UHGV virus genome: UHGV-0292054
Origin: a virus
Reading direction: 5' to 3' (one strand)
Length of the DNA stretch: 10,649 nucleotides
Program-made: the position numbers and the translations under genes
Part shown: piece after piece, positions 1 through 8,019 of the stretch
How the letters are laid out: every line of letters begins with the position of its first letter
Numbering within the stretch: the first letter of the stretch is position 1
Notes under the pieces: generated by a model
Told to the model about the DNA's origin: nothing
Seen by the model: the letters and a program-made list of their open reading frames with translations, nothing else
Databases searched by the model: none

Positions 1-855
1 TCAGCAGTTCGTCATCAGGGCGTCACCGCCACCACCGGTGGCCTTGCTGCGGCGCTGCTGGGTCAGACTTTCGGTGTGGTCGAGACTGTTTTTCAGGCGG
101 GTGAATGCCTGACTGGTTTCATCCGCCCTGTCAGTCACATCCTGCTTAAGTGCGGAAAAGGCGGTTTCCATCTCAGCGAGTCGCTGCTCAGTGGCGCTCA
201 GCTTTTCCTGCACATGTTCAGCAACAGCGGTCACCGCTTCATGCACGTCATTCAGACGGGCGTCATCGCTGGCCTGTTTGCGGCCAAAAATGGATTTCAC
301 CTTTTCGGTCAGGGCGGTGAACACGGTTTCAGGCAGGTCTTCAAATTCCAGCTCAACAGGCGTTGCCACTGAAATCAGGTTTTCAGGGCTTAATTTGAAG
401 CGGTTCAGGGGGTTGTGTTTTGCCGTGCGGCAGAATTCCAGGTATTCCGTGCCGAGGCTTGCCGGGTCATCGGTGACGGCCAGCCCCACCAGATAACATT
501 TGCCGGTGTTGGCAAAGTTCGGCTGAATTTCCATTGAGGTATAGACCTTCTGCGCGGCCTTGTTCATCGCGATAAGGTCATCGGTCGGGGTGATTTTCGC
601 AAACAGCGCCCATTTGCCTTTCAGCGCCGAATCATCGTCAATCTTTTCGGCCTTCAGTTCGGCCACATCGCCATAACGTTTAAAAATGCCGTCAGGCAGG
701 ATGCCGCGCAGATGTTCCAGGTTAATACGGCAACCATAGACTCGCGGGTCAAAGGTTTCGGCCATTTCCTGAATATCCTGCGCACTGATGACACGCCCGT
801 CACAGGTGTCACCCTCAACGCCGATACGAAAGAATTTTGAGACTTTTTTAGCCAT
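1..855 (-). CDS. O: Capsid scaffolding protein GpO (P2-like), full length, 284 aa
   Basis: ORF track 1..921 minus; the product from the internal ATG at 855 (MAKKVSKFFRIGVEGDTCDGR...) matches my recollection of P2 gpO in sequence and length. The TTG/GTG-extended start at 921 was rejected. Stop codon is at 1..3. Divergent from P as in P2. Confidence 0.88.
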   Translation of the reverse strand: MAKKVSKFFRIGVEGDTCDGRVISAQDIQEMAETFDPRVYGCRINLEHLRGILPDGIFKRYGDVAELKAEKIDDDSALKGKWALFAKITPTDDLIAMNKAAQKVYTSMEIQPNFANTGKCYLVGLAVTDDPASLGTEYLEFCRTAKHNPLNRFKLSPENLISVATPVELEFEDLPETVFTALTEKVKSIFGRKQASDDARLNDVHEAVTAVAEHVQEKLSATEQRLAEMETAFSALKQDVTDRADETSQAFTRLKNSLDHTESLTQQRRSKATGGGGDALMTNC

Positions 856-1028
856 TGTCAGGAGTCCTGAATAGTGAGTAGAGGAGTCACATGTCGGCAT
901 CAGTTTCCCGACGATGCGCATCCTCCGCCATCAGTCCCGGATGGCTTATCACTGACACAACAGCACCTTAGCGAATCGCGGGGCGCGACTCAGTAGCCTT
1001 GCCGTGTATTCATCACGGCGAGGTATTC
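856..1028. promoter_or_regulatory. Divergent intergenic region between O and P, expected to carry the Ogr-dependent late promoters
   Basis: 173-bp spacer between divergent late genes, same arrangement as the P2 O/P promoter region. I could not find clean TGT-N12-ACA activator dyads by eye, so the call is positional only. Confidence 0.35.
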
Positions 1029-2801
1029 ATGACCATCACCACAGACACCACTCTTTTACACGACCCGCGTCGTCAGGCGGCGCTGCTGTACTGGCAGGGG
1101 TTTTCCGTGCCGCAGATTGCCGCCATGTTGCAGATGAAACGCCCGACGGTGCAGAGCTGGAAACAGCGCGACGGCTGGGACAGCGTTGCCCCCATCAGCC
1201 GTGTCGAAATGAGCCTGGAAGCGCGGCTGACCCAGCTCATCATCAAACCGCAGAAAACCGGCGGTGACTTCAAGGAAATTGACCTGCTGGGACGCCAGAT
1301 TGAACGACTGGCACGGGTAAATCGCTACAGCCAGACCGGCAACGAGGCAGACCTTAATCCGAACGTCGCTAACCGCAACAAAGGCGGGCGTCGCAAACCG
1401 AAAAAGAATTTTTTCAGTGACGAAGCCATCGAAAAGCTGGAGCAGATTTTCTTTGAGCAGTCTTTCGACTATCAGTTGCACTGGTATCGCGCCGGGCTTG
1501 AGCACCGCATCCGCGATATCCTGAAATCCCGCCAGATTGGCGCGACGTTTTATTTTTCCCGCGAGGCACTGCTGCGCGCCCTGAAAACCGGTCATAACCA
1601 GATTTTTCTGTCGGCCAGTAAAACGCAGGCGTATGTGTTCCGCGAATACATCATCGCCTTTGCCCGTCTGGTGGACGTTGACCTTACCGGTGACCCGATT
1701 GTCCTGGGCAATAACGGCGCAAAACTGATTTTTCTCGGCACCAACTCCAACACCGCGCAGAGCCATAACGGCGACCTGTACGTCGATGAGATTTTCTGGA
1801 TCCCGAATTTTCAGGTACTGCGTAAGGTGGCATCAGGTATGGCCTCACAGAGTCACCTGCGCTCGACCTATTTCTCCACCCCGTCCACGCTGGCGCACGA
1901 CGCCTACCCGTTCTGGTCAGGTGAACTGTTCAACCGGGGACGTGCCAGCGCCGCCGAACGTGTGGAAATCGACGTCAGTCATAACGCCCTTGCCGGGGGG
2001 CTTCTCTGTGCGGACGGCCAGTGGCGGCAGATTGTCACCATTGAGGACGCCCTGAAAGGTGGCTGCACGCTGTTCGACATTGAGCAGCTCAAACGTGAAA
2101 ACAGCGCCGACGATTTTAAAAACCTGTTCATGTGTGAATTTGTTGACGACAAGGCGTCGGTGTTCCCGTTCGAGGAGCTGCAACGCTGCATGGTCGACAC
2201 GCTGGAAGAATGGGAAGACTATGCGCCGTTTGCCGCCAATCCGTTCGGCTCCCGCCCGGTATGGATTGGTTACGACCCGTCACACCGTGGCGACAGTGCC
2301 GGATGCGTGGTGCTGGCACCGCCGGTGGTGGCCGGTGGCAAATTCAGAATACTTGAGCGTCACCAGTGGAAAGGCATGGACTTTGCCACCCAGGCTGAAT
2401 CCATCCGCAAACTCACCGAAAAATACAACGTCGAATACATCGGAATTGATGCCACCGGCCTCGGTGTCGGCGTGTTCCAGCTCGTGCGCTCGTTCTATCC
2501 CGCCGCGCGTGATATCCGCTACACGCCGGAAATGAAAACCGCAATGGTGCTCAAGGCAAAAGACGTCATCCGCCGTGGCTGTCTGGAATACGACGTCAGC
2601 GCCACCGACATCACCAGCTCGTTTATGGCTATCCGCAAGACCATGACCAGCAGCGGACGCAGCGCCACCTATGAGGCCAACCGCAGCGAGGAAGCCAGCC
2701 ACGCCGACCTCGCCTGGGCGACCATGCACGCCCTGTTAAATGAGCCACTCACCGCCGGTATCAGCACCCCGCTGACATCCACCATTCTGGAGTTTTACTG
2801 A
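1029..2801 (+). CDS. P: Terminase large (ATPase) subunit GpP, 590 aa
   Basis: ORF track 999..2801 begins at a TTG; ATG at 1029 is preceded by GAGGT 5 nt upstream. Product MTITTDTTLLHDPRRQAALLYWQGFSVPQIAAM... matches P2 gpP in sequence and length. Stop TGA overlaps the Q start. Confidence 0.9.
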   Translation: MTITTDTTLLHDPRRQAALLYWQGFSVPQIAAMLQMKRPTVQSWKQRDGWDSVAPISRVEMSLEARLTQLIIKPQKTGGDFKEIDLLGRQIERLARVNRYSQTGNEADLNPNVANRNKGGRRKPKKNFFSDEAIEKLEQIFFEQSFDYQLHWYRAGLEHRIRDILKSRQIGATFYFSREALLRALKTGHNQIFLSASKTQAYVFREYIIAFARLVDVDLTGDPIVLGNNGAKLIFLGTNSNTAQSHNGDLYVDEIFWIPNFQVLRKVASGMASQSHLRSTYFSTPSTLAHDAYPFWSGELFNRGRASAAERVEIDVSHNALAGGLLCADGQWRQIVTIEDALKGGCTLFDIEQLKRENSADDFKNLFMCEFVDDKASVFPFEELQRCMVDTLEEWEDYAPFAANPFGSRPVWIGYDPSHRGDSAGCVVLAPPVVAGGKFRILERHQWKGMDFATQAESIRKLTEKYNVEYIGIDATGLGVGVFQLVRSFYPAARDIRYTPEMKTAMVLKAKDVIRRGCLEYDVSATDITSSFMAIRKTMTSSGRSATYEANRSEEASHADLAWATMHALLNEPLTAGISTPLTSTILEFY

Positions 2802-3835
2802 TGAGCAAGAAAAAAGGGAAAACACCGCAACCTGCGGCAAAAACAATGACCGCCAGCGCCCCGAAAATGGAAGCATTCACCTTTGGTGAGCCGGTGCCGG
2901 TACTCGACCGCCGTGACATTCTGGATTACGTCGAGTGCATCAGTAACGGCAGATGGTATGAGCCACCGATCAGCTTTACCGGTCTGGCAAAAAGCCTGCG
3001 TGCTGCCGTGCATCACAGCTCACCGATTTACGTCAAACGTAATATTCTGGCCTCGACATTTATCCCGCATCCGTGGCTTTCCCAGCAGGATTTCAGCCGC
3101 TTTGTGCTGGATTTTCTGGTGTTCGGTAATGCGTTTCTGGAAAAGCGTTACAGTACCACCGGTAAGGTCATCAGACTGGAAACCTCACCGGCAAAATATA
3201 CCCGCCGTGGCGTGGAGGAGGATGTTTACTGGTGGGTGCCGTCCTTCAACGAGCCGACACCTTTCACGCCCGGCTCCGTGTTTCATCTGCTGGAGCCGGA
3301 TATTAATCAGGAGCTGTACGGCCTGCCGGAATATCTCAGCGCCCTTAACTCTGCCTGGCTGAATGAGTCAGCCACGCTGTTCCGCCGCAAGTATTACGAA
3401 AACGGCGCACATGCCGGATACATCATGTACGTCACTGATGCCGTGCAGGATCGCAACGATATCGAAATGCTCCGCGAAAACATGGTGAAGTCGAAAGGCC
3501 GCAACAACTTTAAAAATCTGTTTCTCTATGCCCCGCAAGGGAAAGCCGACGGCATTAAAATTATCCCGCTCAGTGAAGTGGCAACGAAGGACGATTTTTT
3601 TAATATCAAAAAAGCCAGCGCCGCAGACCTGCTGGACGCGCACCGCATCCCTTTTCAGTTGATGGGCGGCAAGCCGGAGAACGTCGGGTCGCTGGGTGAT
3701 ATTGAGAAAGTGGCAAAGGTCTTTGTCCGCAATGAGCTTATCCCGTTACAGGACAGGATCCGCGAGATAAACGGCTGGCTCGGTCAGGAGGTCATCCGCT
3801 TTAAAAACTACTCACTGGACACTGACAACGGCTGA
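2801..3835 (+). CDS. Q: Portal (capsid-vertex) protein GpQ, 344 aa
   Basis: ATG at 2801 overlaps the P stop (TGATG), indicating translational coupling. Length and sequence match P2 gpQ. Transcribed toward cos as in P2. Confidence 0.9.
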   Translation: MSKKKGKTPQPAAKTMTASAPKMEAFTFGEPVPVLDRRDILDYVECISNGRWYEPPISFTGLAKSLRAAVHHSSPIYVKRNILASTFIPHPWLSQQDFSRFVLDFLVFGNAFLEKRYSTTGKVIRLETSPAKYTRRGVEEDVYWWVPSFNEPTPFTPGSVFHLLEPDINQELYGLPEYLSALNSAWLNESATLFRRKYYENGAHAGYIMYVTDAVQDRNDIEMLRENMVKSKGRNNFKNLFLYAPQGKADGIKIIPLSEVATKDDFFNIKKASAADLLDAHRIPFQLMGGKPENVGSLGDIEKVAKVFVRNELIPLQDRIREINGWLGQEVIRFKNYSLDTDNG

Positions 3836-3840
3836 ACATC

Positions 3841-3862
3841 GCCGCCTGCGGGCGGCTTTTTT
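3841..3862 (+). terminator. Rho-independent terminator downstream of Q
   Basis: GCCGCC-TGCG-GGCGGC hairpin followed by TTTTTT, 6 nt after the Q stop codon. Confidence 0.6.
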
Positions 3863-4004
3863 ACCCCCCGTCATCACGCCCTCACACGCTCACCACCGCA
3901 CAAAACAGCCCGCAGACACACCAACGCCCCGGCGCACAATCTAAACGCCATCACGACGCGCTCAGACGCTGAAAAAATAAAATCAGCACCACCGCCAGCG
4001 CGCA

Positions 4005-4023
4005 GTGCTTTCCCCGCCTCGCC
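4005..4023. other. P2-type cos site (19-nt cohesive end sequence)
   Basis: gtgctttccccgcctcgcc at 4005..4023 is the reverse complement of GGCGAGGCGGGGAAAGCAC, the P2 cohesive end as I recall it. Its position next to Q and its orientation fit the P2 map. Confidence 0.65.
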
Positions 4024-4169
4024 CGCCCGCTTCATGGGTCGGTTTTAATGCAGTTGCATGAACACCGTCAAACCTAGCTAGCATTGGCAGCAGAAAGCAA
4101 GTGAGCTAGACTAAAGCACATTCAAACTCATGCACCAAATGATGCACGGAAAAAACAGAGAAATCGCGG

Positions 4170-4199
4170 AAAAAGCAAAAAAATAGCACCCAAAGGTGC
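4170..4199 (-). terminator. Putative rho-independent terminator ending the cargo operon (minus strand)
   Basis: GCACC-CAAA-GGTGC hairpin at 4186..4199, followed on the minus strand by a T-rich run (plus-strand aaaagcaaaaaaata at 4170..4185). Lies just downstream of the stop at 4211. Confidence 0.45.
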
Positions 4200-4210
4200 C
4201 ACTTTGATGA

Positions 4211-4783
4211 TTAATTTTTATTGTCGCCAGAAGGTTTATTGTTGCTTTTGAACAAACCACTAACAACAAACCCAACCAATCCCACAATACTCACAGTTGT
4301 GGTTCCCATAAGCGCAATGATAATTGTTTCTGGTGGATCAAAATCTTTTTTCAATACATACATAAATATGACCCAGCCGACAAAACAACACCAAACAATC
4401 ATGAATTGATATGTTTTATCAGCCATAGTTCTACGGAGCTCATTGTCCGTAAGCAGGCCGTCGGTTTCCGCATTTTTTCTTTTGGTTTCTGCCTGTACGC
4501 TTTCAAGGTTAGTGCTTATAGTTTCAACACAGCGACTCAATTCAGCAATTTGAAAATTAAGACTGGATAAATCCAAACGCTGCATGGTCGCAGCATCCTC
4601 TTCTTCCTTTTGCATTTCATCAACAGCGTCCTCAACAGACTCAGGCTCATGAGATTCTTCATCCCAACAGCCCTCATCTCCCAAAGCCGCAGAGGCAGTT
4701 ATCAGATTCTGCTCAGCTTGCTGCAATCGTCTGAGAAGGTCTTTATCAAATTCAGCTGTCACTTTCTTATTATCGTCAGGCAT
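4211..4783 (-). CDS. Hypothetical membrane protein, 190 aa: acidic/coiled-coil-like N-terminal domain plus two C-terminal hydrophobic helices; candidate toxin/effector of the cargo module
   Basis: ATG at 4783..4781. Hydrophobic stretches QFMIVWCCFVGWVIFMYVL and TIIIALMGTTTVSIVGLVGFVVSGLF; acidic segment DEESHEPESVEDAVDEMQKEEED. AT-rich relative to the flanking phage genes. No homologue recalled. Confidence 0.6.
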   Translation of the reverse strand: MPDDNKKVTAEFDKDLLRRLQQAEQNLITASAALGDEGCWDEESHEPESVEDAVDEMQKEEEDAATMQRLDLSSLNFQIAELSRCVETISTNLESVQAETKRKNAETDGLLTDNELRRTMADKTYQFMIVWCCFVGWVIFMYVLKKDFDPPETIIIALMGTTTVSIVGLVGFVVSGLFKSNNKPSGDNKN

Positions 4784-4787
4784 AAAA

Positions 4788-4809
4788 AACCCCGTACATA
4801 GACGGGGTT
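4788..4809 (-). terminator. Intercistronic terminator-like hairpin (possible attenuator) between the two cargo genes
   Basis: Perfect 8-bp stem AACCCCGT / ACGGGGTT with a 6-nt loop, followed on the minus strand by a U-run that ends at the ATG of the downstream gene (4783). The only purine-rich candidate SD (GGGG) is inside the stem. Confidence 0.45.
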
Positions 4810-4823
4810 ATCTTAATTCGGAC

Positions 4824-5294
4824 TCATAGTCCGATGCAATTGCTATCGCCGTGTAGCAGCTTTTGATAGTAATCCTGAATAACGGAATCAGGAATGATAT
4901 CCATACGACTATCCATTGCTTGCTTCCAAGGAGTACCTTCACGATGTGTGAAAGCAGATAAATCCTCAGCGGTATATTTACCGTAAACGTTATAAACGTT
5001 CTGCAGCAACTGCTCAGTCATAGGGTCAAACTCCTGAGAAATTGCCGATGGAACTTGTATTGGTTGTGTTATGGGACTACGGCCATAAACTTTAAGATAG
5101 TTATACAGAACTGGAACCACTGGACCATAACGCCATGCACAAACTGGTGTCGTTAACAAAGGCGTCCCTTTGTAACCCAGATTTATACCATGTGCTATAT
5201 AGGTCAGCTTTTGTGCCTGCATCTGGGTGATTGGCATACCAGCCGCGCAAGCAAGTTCTATAAACTTATTCGCGATGTTCAATGGGCTGTACAT
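4824..5294 (-). CDS. Panacea/DUF4065-like protein, 156 aa (PanA/SocA-type candidate antitoxin or sensor)
   Basis: ATG at 5294 preceded by AAGGAGG 6 nt upstream; the track start at 5345 is a GTG and was rejected. The motif QKLTYIAHG...G.PLL...AWRYGPVVPVLY resembles the conserved core of PF13274 as I remember it. Sits directly upstream of the membrane-protein gene. Confidence 0.55.
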   Translation of the reverse strand: MYSPLNIANKFIELACAAGMPITQMQAQKLTYIAHGINLGYKGTPLLTTPVCAWRYGPVVPVLYNYLKVYGRSPITQPIQVPSAISQEFDPMTEQLLQNVYNVYGKYTAEDLSAFTHREGTPWKQAMDSRMDIIPDSVIQDYYQKLLHGDSNCIGL

Positions 5295-5511
5295 ACTCAA
5301 CCTCCTTTGCTGTCCTCTTATGTCACGAAAAGCAACCGAGAACACTCAATTTTTACCTATACCCGAGCCTTCAAGCCTGGAATTGTAAACGCTATATCTT
5401 AAGCATACTCAACATTGCGCGCGGAGTATAAATTTGATAGTGAGCATACACAATCAATAAACCATATATTTTTATAGAAATATACATTTATAGCATCTTT
5501 CCAGATTAAAG

Positions 5512-5531
5512 TACTGTATATAAAAACAGTA
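5512..5531. promoter_or_regulatory. LexA (SOS) box
   Basis: TACTGTATATAAAAACAGTA has CTGT-N8-ACAG with an AT-rich spacer, 18/20 matches to the consensus TACTGTATATATATACAGTA. Lies between the A stop (5572) and the cargo operon start. Confidence 0.65.
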
Positions 5532-5555
5532 TAATGATTTTTATCACACTTGCAA
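5528..5555 (-). promoter_or_regulatory. Putative sigma70 promoter for the cargo operon (minus strand), overlapped by the LexA box
   Basis: Minus-strand reading gives TTGCAA (5555..5550), a 16-nt spacer, then TATACT (5533..5528). The -10 overlaps the LexA box, the usual layout of SOS-repressed promoters. Confidence 0.4.
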
Positions 5556-5571
5556 CGCTGTTCATTTCAGT

Positions 5572-7754
5572 TTATATGAATCCCGGCCACTCATCAGCGA
5601 CCGGATACGTGAATTTTTTCCCGTCATAATTTACTGTTGCCCCACGCGCCAGCGCCTCAAGCTCCCATCGCTGCGGCCTGATACCGTTCTGAGCAAGGTC
5701 AACGCGGATACGGGTGATTTGCATTCTTTCCGACCGGGTCAGTCTGGCCGATGGTGCAATTTCATGTGGTTTTAACGGGCTTCCGTTTCTTTGCTGACGG
5801 TTTGGTCTTCTCAGGCCGTGTTTTAATGCGCTTCTGAGCGCCCTCACAACCTCCGGGTCATTCCATTCGATAACACCGTCATCAACCAGATTAAGCACTG
5901 CTGCGGCGTGCTCAGAAGGTGTGGGAGCCGGTAACGAAGTATCACCACCGTTGAGCTTTCCACAGTTATTGACAGGACTCCGAGGCGCGGCGATGCCGCT
6001 TTTTAAAGTCAAAGGCTCAACGACCGGAACTTTCGGCACAATGCGCCAGTCCGTCGTTCTGGTGATATGAATATGACGCGCGCCGAGATGCGGCGCGTAA
6101 ATGCCGACCACTCTCTCGACTTCTTCCTCGTACTCGTTAACTTCATCCGACGGGCTACGGGCGACTCTGACAGTCTGGCAATCGCGCGGAACATTTGCCC
6201 CACCCTGCGCACTGATATACAACGCAAAATCGCCACTGTCTGCGGCAGCGCGTGCAGCCTCGACGCGTTCGTCAAACTCATCAGCAATGCTGACGCCCAT
6301 GCAGTAACAGCCGCGGCAGTATCTTTCAGAGGTCTGCCGGTATCGTTATCGAGCTGACCATCCAGTGCATAGCCGTCGATGTTTTTTGAGATGTATTTCG
6401 CGATATACCCCGCAGCACCGCCCCGATTAAGGTGTTTTGCCTGAAAACGGTTTCGCGCTGCTCCTCTTTCGTCGCCATCCTCTTTGAGCGCATAGCGACG
6501 CATGATTTCGATAATCTGGTTACGCTGGCGCGAATTACAAAAAAGCATCATATGCCAGTGCGGCGTTCCGTCGTGGTGTGGCTCGACGACACGCAAACCG
6601 TAGACCTGTAAATCATTATCCTTGAATGCCGTGCGCATCAGGCTCCAGATGCGGCAGAGATAACGCTGCGCATCCTTTGGATTAAATGCCTCATCGTTCC
6701 AGCCGTGATTAAGCTGAACGGTTTTACTTTCGCCTTTTCTGACCTGACGAGTCGGGTGATACTTTGACGGCGCAGTCAGCGTGATAAACATCCCCACATC
6801 ACCCTCTGCGGCGGCGTAACGCTCAATACCGGCAATGGTGTTCATCAGCTCCATCCGGCGAATTTCAGGATTAGAAATACTGCCCATCACCTTACTGATA
6901 AGGTCGATGCGCTCGCCGGTTTCCCTGTTTTCAAGGTCACACGATTTAAGAAATTCCAGATTTGCCTGGCGGCGCGCACGCACATCACGAATGGCGTGTT
7001 TACTGGCATAAGGAGAACGGTCTTTATTGACCTCCCCGACAGCTATCAGTAACGCTTCATGCCAGCGCATACGCTGGCCTTTAAGCTGATGAGTCCACCA
7101 CTCATCGTTAAACAGACGGGCAATGGCAGAATATGCCTGCCTCGTGGTCATCTGCCCTTTACGGTATTTTTTCCAGTAGAGAGGGGAAATATTGAAAGCA
7201 CGTGCAGCGCCAGCAACATGACCATAGAGGTGAGCCTGCGCCTCATCCGTAAACAGCGATTCTTTTTCGCCATGCGCATCCACCCAGGCATCGCAGAGTT
7301 CCTCATACATCATGAAAAGCTGCGATGAGATACGGGCGGCAAACTTTTTCAGCTCCTTGTCATTCATCCCCGGCAGACGCGCATAATGGTCACGCTCTGC
7401 CAGAAACAGCAACGACGCGTCGGTGTTCATTTCATGGCGCTGATTCACACGCTCAATGCGCGGCCATAAACGACGCTGAAAAGTGGATGTGAGAAAATAA
7501 AACCCGTGCACCGGGCTTTTATTGCGCCGGATGTAGTCATAGCGTGAAGTAAACAGCGAGCGCAAAAAGTAAGGCAGGCGGTTAATCGTGGATAAAACAC
7601 CTTGCACCTGACGCATCTCGTCACGTGTAAGGGGTCTTTCGCGCCCGACAGCCTCGCGTGGCGCGTTCCATGCATAAGCACCGGTAAGCGCCTTACCGGT
7701 GCCTGCGGCAAATGCTGACGGAGGGACAAAACGCCCGGAGGCTTTAACGGCCAT
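5572..7754 (-). pseudogene. A: Replication initiation endonuclease gene A (P2 gpA family), interrupted by a frameshift or small deletion near 6295..6310
   Basis: Two overlapping minus-strand ORFs in different frames (6009..7796 and 5572..6300) both match P2 gpA: the N-terminal part MAVKASGRFVPPSAF...AGYIAKYISKNIDGYALDGQLDNDTGRPLKDTAAAVTAWAS and the C-terminal part GVSIADEFDERVEAARAAADSGDF...PGFI. The 93-aa tail of the long ORF is the out-of-frame reading of the C-terminal part. ATG at 7754 chosen over the TTG at 7796. Combined length is about 727 codons against about 761 recalled for P2 A. Confidence 0.7.
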
Positions 7755-8019
7755 ATGAGCCAAAAGCCTCTGAACAACGCTTGCTGAGTTGCTCAACCTG
7801 CACGTTTAAATCAGCAAAAGACTTTGCGCTTCCGGTCAGAATATCGTGATGCATCAGGCCTGAAACGAGCTGGCTTAATTTCGGGTAATAACCAACCACC
7901 GCCAGCCATTCCTGACCGGCGTTTTTACCGCTTTCAGCTCTCTTTTTCTCGTGGAGAATAAACTGAAAGCTGTCACTGGTAACGACATAACGTTCGCCAA
8001 TTTCAATACGAATACTCAT
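7744..8019 (-). CDS. Small early-operon protein, 91 aa (position of P2 orf83)
   Basis: ATG at 8019 overlaps the upstream stop (ATGA); ends 11 nt inside the A start. Typical coupled small ORF of the P2 early operon. Confidence 0.55.
   Translation of the reverse strand: MSIRIEIGERYVVTSDSFQFILHEKKRAESGKNAGQEWLAVVGYYPKLSQLVSGLMHHDILTGSAKSFADLNVQVEQLSKRCSEAFGSYGR

Noticed and set aside
76-496. Plus-strand ORFs 76..372 and 191..496 inside gene O
   Set aside because: Antisense to the full-length gpO gene; the compositionally biased translations look like shadow ORFs.
1056-1766. 236-aa minus-strand ORF inside gene P, with other antisense or out-of-frame ORFs in P and Q (1004..1267, 1073..1273, 1786..2055, 1917..2183, 1979..2200, 2059..2535, 2128..2319, 2280..2729, 2795..3016, 2883..3362, 3368..3643)
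   Set aside because: They lie entirely within well-supported P2-homologous genes, have no ribosome-binding sites and give low-complexity Arg/Ala/Gly-rich translations typical of spurious frames in GC-rich coding DNA.
4221-4801. Plus-strand ORFs 4221..4409 and 4610..4801 antisense to the membrane-protein gene
   Set aside because: Short, fully overlapped by the better-supported minus-strand gene, low-complexity translations, no start signals.
5295-5345. Longer version of the Panacea-like gene starting at 5345
   Set aside because: That codon is GTG with no ribosome-binding site, whereas the ATG at 5294 has a near-perfect AAGGAGG 6 nt upstream.
5506-5535. Plus-strand promoter using the TATAAT at 5530..5535
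   Set aside because: The -10 is perfect but the best -35 candidate (TTAAAG) is poor, and transcription would run antisense into the 3' end of gene A. The minus-strand promoter toward the cargo operon is more plausible, though an antisense RNA is not excluded.
6009-6300. Reading the C-terminal 93 residues of the 595-aa ORF and the 5572..6300 ORF as two separate genuine genes
   Set aside because: The 93-aa tail is the out-of-frame translation of sequence whose other frame matches the gpA C-terminus, so this is one disrupted gene.
7755-7796. N-terminal extension of gene A from the track start at 7796
   Set aside because: Codon 7796..7794 is TTG. The ATG at 7754 gives MAVKASGRFVPP, matching the recalled P2 gpA N-terminus, so the extension is probably not translated.
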